From NCBI GenBank assembly GCA_016186955.1, contig JACPKP010000004.1, positions 142,563 to 206,562 on the forward strand: a stretch of 64,000 bases of DNA, given 5' to 3'. The notes below the pieces were generated by a model. The model made no database searches, was not told where the DNA came from, and saw only the letters and a program-made list of their open reading frames with translations. The DNA comes from Candidatus Daviesbacteria bacterium. GTDB taxonomy: Bacteria > Patescibacteriota > Microgenomatia > Daviesbacterales > UBA10151. This document shows, piece after piece, positions 1 to 7,846 of this stretch; positions within the stretch are counted from its first letter, which is position 1, and every line of letters begins with the position of its first letter. The position numbers and the translations under genes were made by a program.

Positions 1-260
1 AGTTGAGTTTCCTAAAGAATGCTGATGTAATCTTCTTTCTAAATTGTCAGTGAATCCTTTATAAAATTCTCCTGTTTTATGGCTTTTGATAACATAAACA
101 TAGAACATTTAGCTTTTCTGAGTGTATACCTGCCTGCCGGCAGGCAGGCCATTCCACCACACCAGCAAATACTTAACATATTTTATCAGAACATGCCTGA
201 GAATTTAACTACCACTTTGATGCTTCACTTTTTGGAGCCTGAAGGGATATAATACGGATT

Positions 261-1169
261 ATGGGCAAGAAGAAAAAAAAAGGCGTAGGGAAAAAACATT
301 TAAACCCTGTTTTAACTGTCGCTCTCTTTATTTTTTTGGGTGTACTTTTTACAGTAACAACATCAGTCAGCAAATTTCAAAAAGCTTCTTCAGCAACCCC
401 CAAACCCTCAATACTTGGTGTTTTATCAAAACCCAAAACCTCCATCCAAAAAACGGCCAGAAAACAGGTTCCTGCCATACCACAAAGTTATGGTAAATCT
501 GTAAATGTACCTATCCTTTATTACCATTACATTGGCACCAACGGAAATCCTGAAGATGTAGCCAGGGATAATTTATCGGTTGCCCCTGATAAATTTGATG
601 AGCAAATGGCTTACATTGCCAAAAACGGCTATAACGTAATCACGCTGGATACACTTTATGCAGCTTTACAGGGAAACGTAACGCTTCCTCCAAAACCGGT
701 TGTTTTAAGCTTTGATGACGGGTATATTGATTTTTATGTAAATGCTTACCCGGTCTTAAAAAAATACGGTTTCCATGCCACCTCATTTATCCCGACAGGC
801 CTGATAAACCAGGGGTATTATCTGACATGGGCCCAAATAAAGGAGATGGATAGCGCAGGCCTGATCTCTTTTCAGGCGCATTCTGTAAACCATCTCAACA
901 TGCCGTCCCTGTCTTCAGAGCAGATTAGGTATGAAGTCAACCAAAGCAAAAAAGAGCTTGAAGCTCAGATCGGGCATCCTGTTAATTTTTTCTCCTACCC
1001 TTACGGAGCTTCTAATGAGGAAGCCTGGAAGGCGGTAAAAGACGCCGGTTTTGCCGGGGCAGTAGGGACTTGGTATGGCAGCATCCAGTCAGAGGGAAAT
1101 ATTTTTGACATGCCGCGTATTAAAATCCCAGGCGGGCTCTCAATTACCGACTTTGCCTCCAAAATTTGA
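261..1169 (+). CDS. Polysaccharide deacetylase (NodB-homology domain) with N-terminal membrane anchor
   Basis: The N-terminus is a Lys-rich stretch followed by a hydrophobic helix. 'VVLSFDDGY' matches the NodB motif-1 (xFDDG) pattern. Conserved His residues lie downstream (HSVNH). Confidence 0.65.
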   Translation: MGKKKKKGVGKKHLNPVLTVALFIFLGVLFTVTTSVSKFQKASSATPKPSILGVLSKPKTSIQKTARKQVPAIPQSYGKSVNVPILYYHYIGTNGNPEDVARDNLSVAPDKFDEQMAYIAKNGYNVITLDTLYAALQGNVTLPPKPVVLSFDDGYIDFYVNAYPVLKKYGFHATSFIPTGLINQGYYLTWAQIKEMDSAGLISFQAHSVNHLNMPSLSSEQIRYEVNQSKKELEAQIGHPVNFFSYPYGASNEEAWKAVKDAGFAGAVGTWYGSIQSEGNIFDMPRIKIPGGLSITDFASKI

Positions 1170-1203
1170 CTATAGGTTCTTTTTCTGATATAGTTGCCTT
1201 TAA

Positions 1204-2058
1204 ATGGAAAGAACAATCCCTGAGAAAGAATTGTCACGGTTTGTAATAACCTTGCCAAATACAGAAGCCGGACTTGAAGAAAAATACCTGGGTATTAAAT
1301 TTGTCAAAATTCCCCTAAAAATCCCTGCATACGGGAAAAACAGGATTGTTTTTTGGATATACCACAGAAATCTTTTGCCAAAAATAGCCGGACTTTACGA
1401 TAGCGGAGACGGTAAGAGACTTACGGGGGTTTTCATCTGTGACTATTTTGGATTTTTCTACAGAAAGATCCCGGTAAATTCAGCATTGAGCAGGGTCACT
1501 CCTCTACATGAAAGCTTTCACGGTTTTCTTCACTTAAATAACTCACCATTAAACTTAATACATCCCGTACCGGAATTACCGAACTTAGGCCAGGCGATAA
1601 AGTTTATGGAATCAGAAGTTATTTTAAAAGTAGTAAATGAAGGTTTTTGTGAATGGGCCGCCTATGAAACGCTTTTGCGGATTAGAGGTATTTCAGACAG
1701 GATGGATTTATGCAGGTTGCACAGGTTATTTATTTGCAAAAGAGAGCCTGTTGACGGTGCAGATAAAATTGATTACGACAGCTTTATCTTTGAGGGTATG
1801 CAAAATATCGGCATATTGGCAGATTACCGGACCGGAAGGGATTTGTTAATGAAAGATTCCCAAAAATTCAGTGAGAAACTTGCCGCCTCCAGTTATGACA
1901 CAGGCCACCATTTTGTCAATGAAGTTATCAAGGATTTAGGCGGAATGGATGCAGCTTTACCTGAAGCAATACATTTATTGATTAAAAATCCCCCAAAAAC
2001 AATTGAACATTTGAAAAATCCACATGATTTCAGCAGGTTGCTAATTGCTAAGGGTTAA
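1204..2058 (+). CDS. Hypothetical protein with HEXXH motif (possible Zn-metallopeptidase-like)
   Basis: 'LHESFHGFLH' contains HEXXH. Nothing else in the sequence is recognisable. Confidence 0.3.
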   Translation: MERTIPEKELSRFVITLPNTEAGLEEKYLGIKFVKIPLKIPAYGKNRIVFWIYHRNLLPKIAGLYDSGDGKRLTGVFICDYFGFFYRKIPVNSALSRVTPLHESFHGFLHLNNSPLNLIHPVPELPNLGQAIKFMESEVILKVVNEGFCEWAAYETLLRIRGISDRMDLCRLHRLFICKREPVDGADKIDYDSFIFEGMQNIGILADYRTGRDLLMKDSQKFSEKLAASSYDTGHHFVNEVIKDLGGMDAALPEAIHLLIKNPPKTIEHLKNPHDFSRLLIAKG

Positions 2059-2135
2059 TTTAACCATATAAATTTTACCAGAAATTCCGGTGTTTCTTTA
2101 TTACTTTTTTATCTAATACGGGTATTAGCTAAAAT

Positions 2136-2390
2136 TTAGCGGTCTTCTCTTGGTCTGGCAACATTAACAACAATCTTACGGCCGTCCATGTCAGAACCGT
2201 TGAGTTTACTTATAGCCTCATCTGCTTCCGCATCATTGGCCATCTCAACAAACCCGAACCCTCTGGAACGTCCTGTCATCCTGTCCATAAGGACAGTTGC
2301 TGATGTGACTGCACCGAATTGTGAAAAAAGGTCAGCTAATTTTTGGTCGTCTATTGCCCAAGGCAAAGACCCGACGAATAATTTCTTAAT
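2136..2390 (-). CDS. RRM-type RNA-binding protein
   Basis: The RNP-1 motif 'RGFGFVEM' is present. The RNP-2-like 'KLFVGSLPW' is encoded in-frame immediately upstream of the ORF-track start at 2366. The true start is therefore upstream, near 2390, with no canonical ATG/GTG/TTG. Confidence 0.55.
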   Translation of the reverse strand: MKKLFVGSLPWAIDDQKLADLFSQFGAVTSATVLMDRMTGRSRGFGFVEMANDAEADEAISKLNGSDMDGRKIVVNVARPREDR

Positions 2391-2551
2391 ATATACTCAC
2401 CACCTATCTAGTCGCTAGCGTTAAGTCTTACTCACTAGGGACTAGATTTTAATCTAATACTAGGATCATTACTTGCTTAGCTCTTTTGTAATGGTACCCT
2501 AAAAATACTTCAAATGCAACTATGAGTTTAGCGTCTATAATCGAGGTTATT

Positions 2552-2585
2552 AATCGCGCAAGAATCGCGCATACTATTGCGAAGA
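2552..2585. promoter_or_regulatory. Iteron-like direct repeats (AATCGCGCAAn x3, ~11-bp period) at the 3' flank of fic
   Basis: 'aatcgcgcaag aatcgcgcata ctattgcgaag' is a GC-rich motif in an AT-rich spacer. A matching set lies at 3665-3700. Confidence 0.35.
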
Positions 2586-2586
2586 G

Positions 2587-3648
2587 CTAATCTTTGATTA
2601 AAACATAGAAAGTGGCTCGCGCTTTACCCTCAGATTTAATTAATTTCTTATCCAAAAGATTTTTAAGTTTTAGTTGAGCAGTTCTTTTGGCAACTTTGAC
2701 AAGCTTTGTAACCTCACCAGAAGTAATTTTTTGATTTGAAACTAAAAAGTCCATGATTTTTAGCTCATCAGGGTCAAGATAAGTTTGAGTCCGGTCGCCA
2801 ACCTTGTCAAACCCTAAAGATACTATGACATTTTTTACTTTTCTGGCCTCCACTAAAAACCCTGCAATAAAATATTCCAGCCAACTGGTAAAATCAGCGC
2901 CTTCCTTGTAAAAATCATTCCACCCATATGCCAAAGCGTTATAATAATCCTGCCTATTCTTGTTATAAAATGCCTCCAGAACAATAACTTTTCTGAAATC
3001 CCATCCGTCTAAGTACAAAAGCAAATTAGTTAAAAGCCTGGTAACCCGGCCATTTCCATCTGAAAAAGGATGGATATGGACAAATTGGCTGTGAAAAATT
3101 CCAGCTTTAATAACCGGATGAAGCTGGTCTTTTTCAGAGTGTTTTAACCAAAGTAAAAGTTCCCTGATTAGTGGTTTGATATTGTCTGTTGGCGGCCCCT
3201 TAAACCTTAAATGTTCTTTGCCATTGCCTAAATCATCAACTATATAAACATCTCCGGGCCGGAAATTTCCGGATTTATGGTTTTCAAGCAATCCGCTCAT
3301 AGTAAGGGCGTGAATCTTTAAAATTACATCAACAGTAATCCCAATATTGTTTTTAGCCATTTTTTCTACCTCTTTTAAAGCTGCCTGATAATTTTTAACT
3401 TCCGCGATACTTTGATCATCTGCAGACACTGACATGCCTGATAAAACTTTATCTACCTGATATTCCTCAAGTTTATTGCCTTCAATAGAAGTTGAAGTAT
3501 GAACCATCCGTATCAGCGCCTGCCTCTTTAGTTCTAACTCATTTAATGGCAACACAGGCGACCTTTCAATAATTCCTTTTATTTCGGCAATCTCTGAAAT
3601 TGCACCCAAAACCTCAGGTGAAATAGTGTATTTTGGCTTAAAACCCAT
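2587..3648 (-). CDS. Fic family protein (AMPylation/Doc-fold) with C-terminal winged-helix-like domain
   Basis: The canonical Fic motif 'HPFSDGNGRVTR' (HPFx[DE]GNGR) is present. The length is 353 aa. Confidence 0.8.
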   Translation of the reverse strand: MGFKPKYTISPEVLGAISEIAEIKGIIERSPVLPLNELELKRQALIRMVHTSTSIEGNKLEEYQVDKVLSGMSVSADDQSIAEVKNYQAALKEVEKMAKNNIGITVDVILKIHALTMSGLLENHKSGNFRPGDVYIVDDLGNGKEHLRFKGPPTDNIKPLIRELLLWLKHSEKDQLHPVIKAGIFHSQFVHIHPFSDGNGRVTRLLTNLLLYLDGWDFRKVIVLEAFYNKNRQDYYNALAYGWNDFYKEGADFTSWLEYFIAGFLVEARKVKNVIVSLGFDKVGDRTQTYLDPDELKIMDFLVSNQKITSGEVTKLVKVAKRTAQLKLKNLLDKKLIKSEGKARATFYVLIKD

Positions 3649-3664
3649 ATTTTAATTATACCAC

Positions 3665-3700
3665 AAATCGCGCAATAATCACGCAAATTATCGCGCAATA
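3665..3700. promoter_or_regulatory. Iteron-like direct repeats (ATCGCGCAA-type x3) in the fic upstream/divergent promoter region
   Basis: 'aaatcgcgcaat aatcacgcaaa ttatcgcgcaatat' shares the core with 2552-2585 at the same periodicity. Confidence 0.35.
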
Positions 3701-3765
3701 TATTGTTTTAACATCATTTTTTGGGACTTGTTTTCTTATATAAACATAGAATATATTAAATACTT

Positions 3766-4179
3766 ATGCAAGAACCTGAAGAAATCAATGCCGGGCAGAT
3801 TTTAATAAATATGGAAGGATTAATTAAAAACTATATCTCATCAATAGATAAGCTATCCGAAGAGGTCAAAAAACTCAAAGAGGCTCTTGAAGACATTTTC
3901 AAAAACGATCCCACTTTTCAGGAACATTCGGAGGAAGCAAAGAAATCGGCAAAGATTAAACAAAAAACAAAATCAGAAATACTAAAACGCACCCAGGCAG
4001 CCGAGCTTGATGCCAAAATTAAATCCCTAAGATCCCAGCTTAAAGAAAATAAGTCTGCGCTTTCAGATTATCTTCAGGAATATGCAAAAAAGTCAGGCTT
4101 AAATGAAATTGAGGGCGAAGATGGGGAAGTCAGGGAGATTGTTTATGTAGCAAAGCTTGTAAGAAAACCCTTCATTTGA
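3766..4179 (+). CDS. Hypothetical coiled-coil protein
   Basis: Heptad-like charged composition (K/E rich), no recognisable motif. Confidence 0.35.
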   Translation: MQEPEEINAGQILINMEGLIKNYISSIDKLSEEVKKLKEALEDIFKNDPTFQEHSEEAKKSAKIKQKTKSEILKRTQAAELDAKIKSLRSQLKENKSALSDYLQEYAKKSGLNEIEGEDGEVREIVYVAKLVRKPFI

Positions 4180-4191
4180 TAAACTGGATTT

Positions 4192-4836
4192 ATGGCAAAT
4201 ACCCCGGAACAGCGCAGGCAGTTTTTTAAATCCTTTGAAGCGCAATCCTTAAAATCAAGATCACTTCTTACTCAAATCGCCGATGACTTGACAGCTATCT
4301 GCGGGTCAACAAAATTTTTAATTGCACACATTATATGGTTTTTAGCCTGGATTTTGCTCAATATGGGCTATATTCCGCAAATTACCCCTTTTGACCCTTT
4401 CCCGTACGGGCTTTTGACAATGTTTGTTTCACTGGAGGCGATCTTTTTATCAATATTTGTGCTGGTTTCCCAAAACAGGTCATCCTATATAAGCTCAGTA
4501 CGTGAGGAGGTGCATCTAAGGGTGAATCTGATTGCCGAGGAAGAAATTACCAAAATTTTAAGTATCCTGGCTGAGATGAGAAAAGAGATGGGGATTAAGG
4601 GAAAGGATAAAGAGCTGGAAGAGATGATGAAAAGGACTGACGCAAGTTATATAGAGAGGTCAATTATGAGGCAGATGGAAAGGGCATCCAAGCCAATTTC
4701 AACGCAGCTTAAAAAAGAGTTTCCTGAGATGTTGCTTTATCCTGTGAAGAAACCTATAGAATTGGTAAAAGATATAGCTACAGGTGCAGAGTCTTCACCT
4801 ACTTCTACAAAACTTCCGATTGAAAAACTTGAGTAA
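4192..4836 (+). CDS. DUF1003-like membrane protein
   Basis: Two predicted TM helices and a 'FPYGLLTMFVSLEAIFLSIFVLVSQNR' block typical of DUF1003. Confidence 0.45.
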   Translation: MANTPEQRRQFFKSFEAQSLKSRSLLTQIADDLTAICGSTKFLIAHIIWFLAWILLNMGYIPQITPFDPFPYGLLTMFVSLEAIFLSIFVLVSQNRSSYISSVREEVHLRVNLIAEEEITKILSILAEMRKEMGIKGKDKELEEMMKRTDASYIERSIMRQMERASKPISTQLKKEFPEMLLYPVKKPIELVKDIATGAESSPTSTKLPIEKLE

Positions 4837-4938
4837 CTTCCAATATCACTCCTGGTTTGGTAAAATTGACAAAACAAATAAGATTCTAAGATTTGTTTTG
4901 TCATCCCGATCCGGCGTAGCCGGAGAGGGATCATGTTT

Positions 4939-5100
4939 CGCGGGATCGTCTAATGTAATACACCCCATTAGACGATATGATTGTAGACATATTGCGGGAT
5001 CGTCTAATGTAATACACCCCATTAGACGATATGATTGTAGACATATTGCGGGATCGTCTAATGTAATACACCACATTAGACGATATGATTGTAACTTCGT
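4939..5100. repeat. Tandem array of 3 x 54-bp units, each containing an 11-bp perfect inverted repeat
   Basis: The unit 'gcgggatcgtctaatgtaatacaccccattagacgatatgattgtagacatatt' repeats head-to-tail three times, with the third copy slightly diverged. The stem is atcgtctaatg/cattagacgat. The first 16 nt of each unit match a tRNA 5' end. Confidence 0.9.
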
Positions 5101-5137
5101 TTCAGAACCTTGCCATTACCCGATCTAAGTATGACCT

Positions 5138-5180
5138 TGCGGGATCGTCTAATGGTAGGACGACAGACTTTGCACATTTA
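5138..5180 (+). pseudogene. Degenerate tRNA-Gln-like 5' half (acceptor + D-arm + anticodon loop CTTTGCA, no 3' half)
   Basis: 'tgcgggatcgtctaatggtaggacgacagactttgca' parallels the intact tRNA-Gln at 5914. The anticodon-stem complement and the T-arm are missing. Confidence 0.4.
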
Positions 5181-5219
5181 CAACAGAACATAGATTATGT
5201 ATAATTTGATACATATAGG

Positions 5220-5909
5220 TTGGTTCTCATGTTAGCAAAAGTTAGAGAGCATCAGCAAGCGGTATATTTAAGGAAGAAAGGTAAATCTTATGCTGAAATT
5301 GCTTATAAAATACAAGTTTCGCAGTCGACACTTTCTTTATGGCTTAGGGATGTTAAGTTAACGAAAGAGCAAATAGATTCTCTTTTTTTAAAGAAATTAA
5401 TGGGTCAAAGGAAGGGTGGTTTTGCCAAAAGAAGATTTCGAGAACAGCAAGAAGAACGAATAATAAAAACCTCTTCAAGCGAAGTAGACTGTTTATCTAC
5501 AAGGGAGCTCTGGTTGTTGGGTATTATTGCTTATTGGTGTGAAGGAAGTAAGCAAAAAGAAAATAATGTTTCACAGAGAGTAGTATTTACAAACTCGGAC
5601 CCTTTTTTACTAAAGCTATTTGTAAAATGGATAAGAGAAATTTGCTTAATCGGAGATAAGGATATTGTATATAATCTGCATATACATGAAAATGCTGATG
5701 TTTCAACAGCGTTAAATTATTGGAGTAAGTTATTGAATATTAAAGTGGTAAGTTTTGGTAAGACATCAATTAAGACACATAAAATTCTCACCAAAAGAAA
5801 AAATATAGGTGAAAATTATCACGGGTTGATAAGGATTGGAATCAGAAAAAGTACGAGTTTAAATAGAAAAATTAGAGGTTGGGTAAAAGGTTTGAATAAC
5901 TTGATCTAA
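5220..5909 (+). CDS. HTH-domain DNA-binding protein (resolvase/transposase-type N-terminal HTH), function unknown
   Basis: The N-terminal 'GKSYAEIAYKIQVSQSTLSLWLRD' is a helix-turn-helix. The rest is unrecognised. Confidence 0.4.
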   Translation: MVLMLAKVREHQQAVYLRKKGKSYAEIAYKIQVSQSTLSLWLRDVKLTKEQIDSLFLKKLMGQRKGGFAKRRFREQQEERIIKTSSSEVDCLSTRELWLLGIIAYWCEGSKQKENNVSQRVVFTNSDPFLLKLFVKWIREICLIGDKDIVYNLHIHENADVSTALNYWSKLLNIKVVSFGKTSIKTHKILTKRKNIGENYHGLIRIGIRKSTSLNRKIRGWVKGLNNLI

Positions 5910-5913
5910 AAAT

Positions 5914-5985
5914 TGCGGAGTGGTGTAATGGTAACACGCCTGTCTTTGGAACAGGAAACTCTAGGTTCGAGCCCTAGCTCCGCAG
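5914..5985 (+). tRNA. tRNA-Gln (UUG)
   Basis: The cloverleaf is built by hand. The acceptor is tgcggag/ctccgca (U1:A72). The anticodon stem is cctgt/acagg with loop CTTTGGA. The T-arm is ctagg-TTCGAGC-cctag and the discriminator is G. Confidence 0.85.
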
Positions 5986-6064
5986 CAATTTTCCTAGGCT
6001 CAAATAACTATATCAAACTGAACGACCCCTGATTGTATTCGAACTTTAGCCTCAAAGGTGTATA

Positions 6065-7012
6065 ATGTACCTTATTATGAAGATGAAGACTAACTTTAGC
6101 TGCGTTATCCATGGAAGTTTCCGTAAACATTTTGATGTTATTCAAAAAATCTATAAACTCTTTATCGATGCAGGGATAGAAGTTCTTGCTCCACAACAAT
6201 CAGAAATTGTTTCAATTAAAGATGGCTTTGCACTATTCGAAGGTGAAGAAAAGCTGGACCAGCGTTTAATTGAACTGATATATCTACATAATCTAAAAAA
6301 ACTTGGCGAAAATGGATTTAGTTATTTCATAAACCCTGAAGGATATATTGGAAAAAGTACTTCATATGAGTTAGGAATTGCACAACTTACAAATACACGA
6401 TGCTTTTATTATTCAAAATTAGAAGACCATCCCGCATATGTTCATAAAAATGCTGTTTGGACACCTGAAGATTTAGTTACTTATATCCTCGAAAATGGTG
6501 CGCTACCTACTCCACAGATTAAACGTAGTGAGCGACTTATCCATAAGATGTGGGAAGACTTAATGGTTCCATGTTCAGTAGTAGCTACTGGAGCGATTAT
6601 TGAATATCAACCAAAAAGAAGACAATCTGAGAAAGAGATTTTATTAGTAAAAACTCATAAGTGGGGTAACAAATATTCTATTGTTGGAGGAAAGGTAAAA
6701 AGAAATGAGAGATTAGAACAAGCTCTTATTCGAGAAGTAAAAGAGGAAACAGGTTTACAATCTGAAATTGGTCAACATATCTGCACTTTCGACCAAATAA
6801 AAAATTCAGGATATTATCTATCTGGTATACAACATATTTTTGTTGACAATATTGTCAAAGTTACAAGTAAAAAAGTTTTCCTAAATGGCGAAGCTCAAGA
6901 CTATATCTGGATACCAGCAAAAGAGGCTCTCGAAGCCCTTGCTATTGAACCGAATGCTCGTCATACAGTGCAAATGTATGCGACTAGGCAATCTCAATTA
7001 AATATATTGTAA
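6065..7012 (+). CDS. Fusion: nucleoside 2-deoxyribosyltransferase/DNPH1-like domain + NUDIX hydrolase
   Basis: N-terminal 'GKSTSYELGIAQLTNTRCF' resembles the Ndt catalytic-Glu block (DSGTAFEiGyA). The C-terminus carries the Nudix box 'GGKVKRNERLEQALIREVKEETGL' (GX5EX7REUXEEXGU). Confidence 0.6.
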   Translation: MYLIMKMKTNFSCVIHGSFRKHFDVIQKIYKLFIDAGIEVLAPQQSEIVSIKDGFALFEGEEKLDQRLIELIYLHNLKKLGENGFSYFINPEGYIGKSTSYELGIAQLTNTRCFYYSKLEDHPAYVHKNAVWTPEDLVTYILENGALPTPQIKRSERLIHKMWEDLMVPCSVVATGAIIEYQPKRRQSEKEILLVKTHKWGNKYSIVGGKVKRNERLEQALIREVKEETGLQSEIGQHICTFDQIKNSGYYLSGIQHIFVDNIVKVTSKKVFLNGEAQDYIWIPAKEALEALAIEPNARHTVQMYATRQSQLNIL

Positions 7013-7372
7013 ATATTGCATAGATTTTTGGTATACTAATTCTGGATATTTAATATTTTCTGTCCACTTTGCGGTACGGAAGTCGTCAACCAGCCCAGCT
7101 TTGAACTGAAACCGTCATTTTTGTGGTGGTTTTTCAGTTCAAAATTAGGAATAGAGATCCGGACTGCGCAGCACAAAGCGCTAAGCTGTTCGCTCGAGCA
7201 AAACGAGGGCATATAATCCATGTCCCGTAGCCAAAATTGGACACCAAGCGACTGAAAGCTCTAAAAAACCCGATTATGCTTGCTAAATGTCATTTTTTAT
7301 CGTAAATCTTGTACAATACTAATTGTATTTTATTTACTACGACAGATGAAGATTTGGAGGTGAATCGAATCT

Positions 7373-7825
7373 ATGAAAAATCCAATAATAATTTTTGTGA
7401 TTATTGCAATTGTAGTAATTCTTGGAATCGGTGGATACACGCTTTCTCAGAACTCTTCTAAACCTGACTCCGCGATGAAAACAGATGACAGGATGACGGC
7501 AGCCTCTCGCTATGTTGAGTATTCCAAGGAAGTTTTTGAAAAAGCAGCTACAAACCGGAGGGTCCTATTTTTCTATGCTAACTGGTGTCCGATCTGTAAA
7601 CCAGCCGATGCTGATTTTAAGGCGAACTCAAGTAAGATTCCAGCTGATGTAACAGTTATTAGAGTTAATTACAACGACTCTGATACTGATCAAGAAGAAA
7701 AAGACCTTGCTAAAAAATACGCAATTACTTATCAACATACTTTTGTCCAAATCGATTCACAAGGAAAAGAAGTAACAAAATGGAACGGTGGCAAAACTGA
7801 TGAGTTACTTGCTAATATTAAGTAA
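7373..7825 (+). CDS. Membrane-anchored thioredoxin-like protein (CxxC = CPIC)
   Basis: N-terminal TM helix and 'WCPICK' active site. Confidence 0.65.
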   Translation: MKNPIIIFVIIAIVVILGIGGYTLSQNSSKPDSAMKTDDRMTAASRYVEYSKEVFEKAATNRRVLFFYANWCPICKPADADFKANSSKIPADVTVIRVNYNDSDTDQEEKDLAKKYAITYQHTFVQIDSQGKEVTKWNGGKTDELLANIK

Positions 7826-7846
7826 TCTGCTGTTTGTTAACACACT

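Noticed and set aside
4939-5100. Possible CRISPR array
   Set aside because: The whole 54-bp unit repeats, including what would be spacers. There are no cas genes and units abut without unique spacers. It is a tandem repeat, not CRISPR.
4784-5128. 114-aa ORF with thrice-repeated 'CRHIAGSSNVIHPIRRYD'
   Set aside because: It is simply the translation of the 54-bp tandem DNA repeat, with no start context. It is treated as non-coding repeat DNA.
5220-5909. LAGLIDADG homing endonuclease or tRNA group I intron hypothesis for the HTH protein
   Set aside because: 'LLGIIAYWCEGS' only loosely resembles LAGLIDADG. There is no second motif, and the downstream tRNA-Gln is complete rather than a 3' exon.
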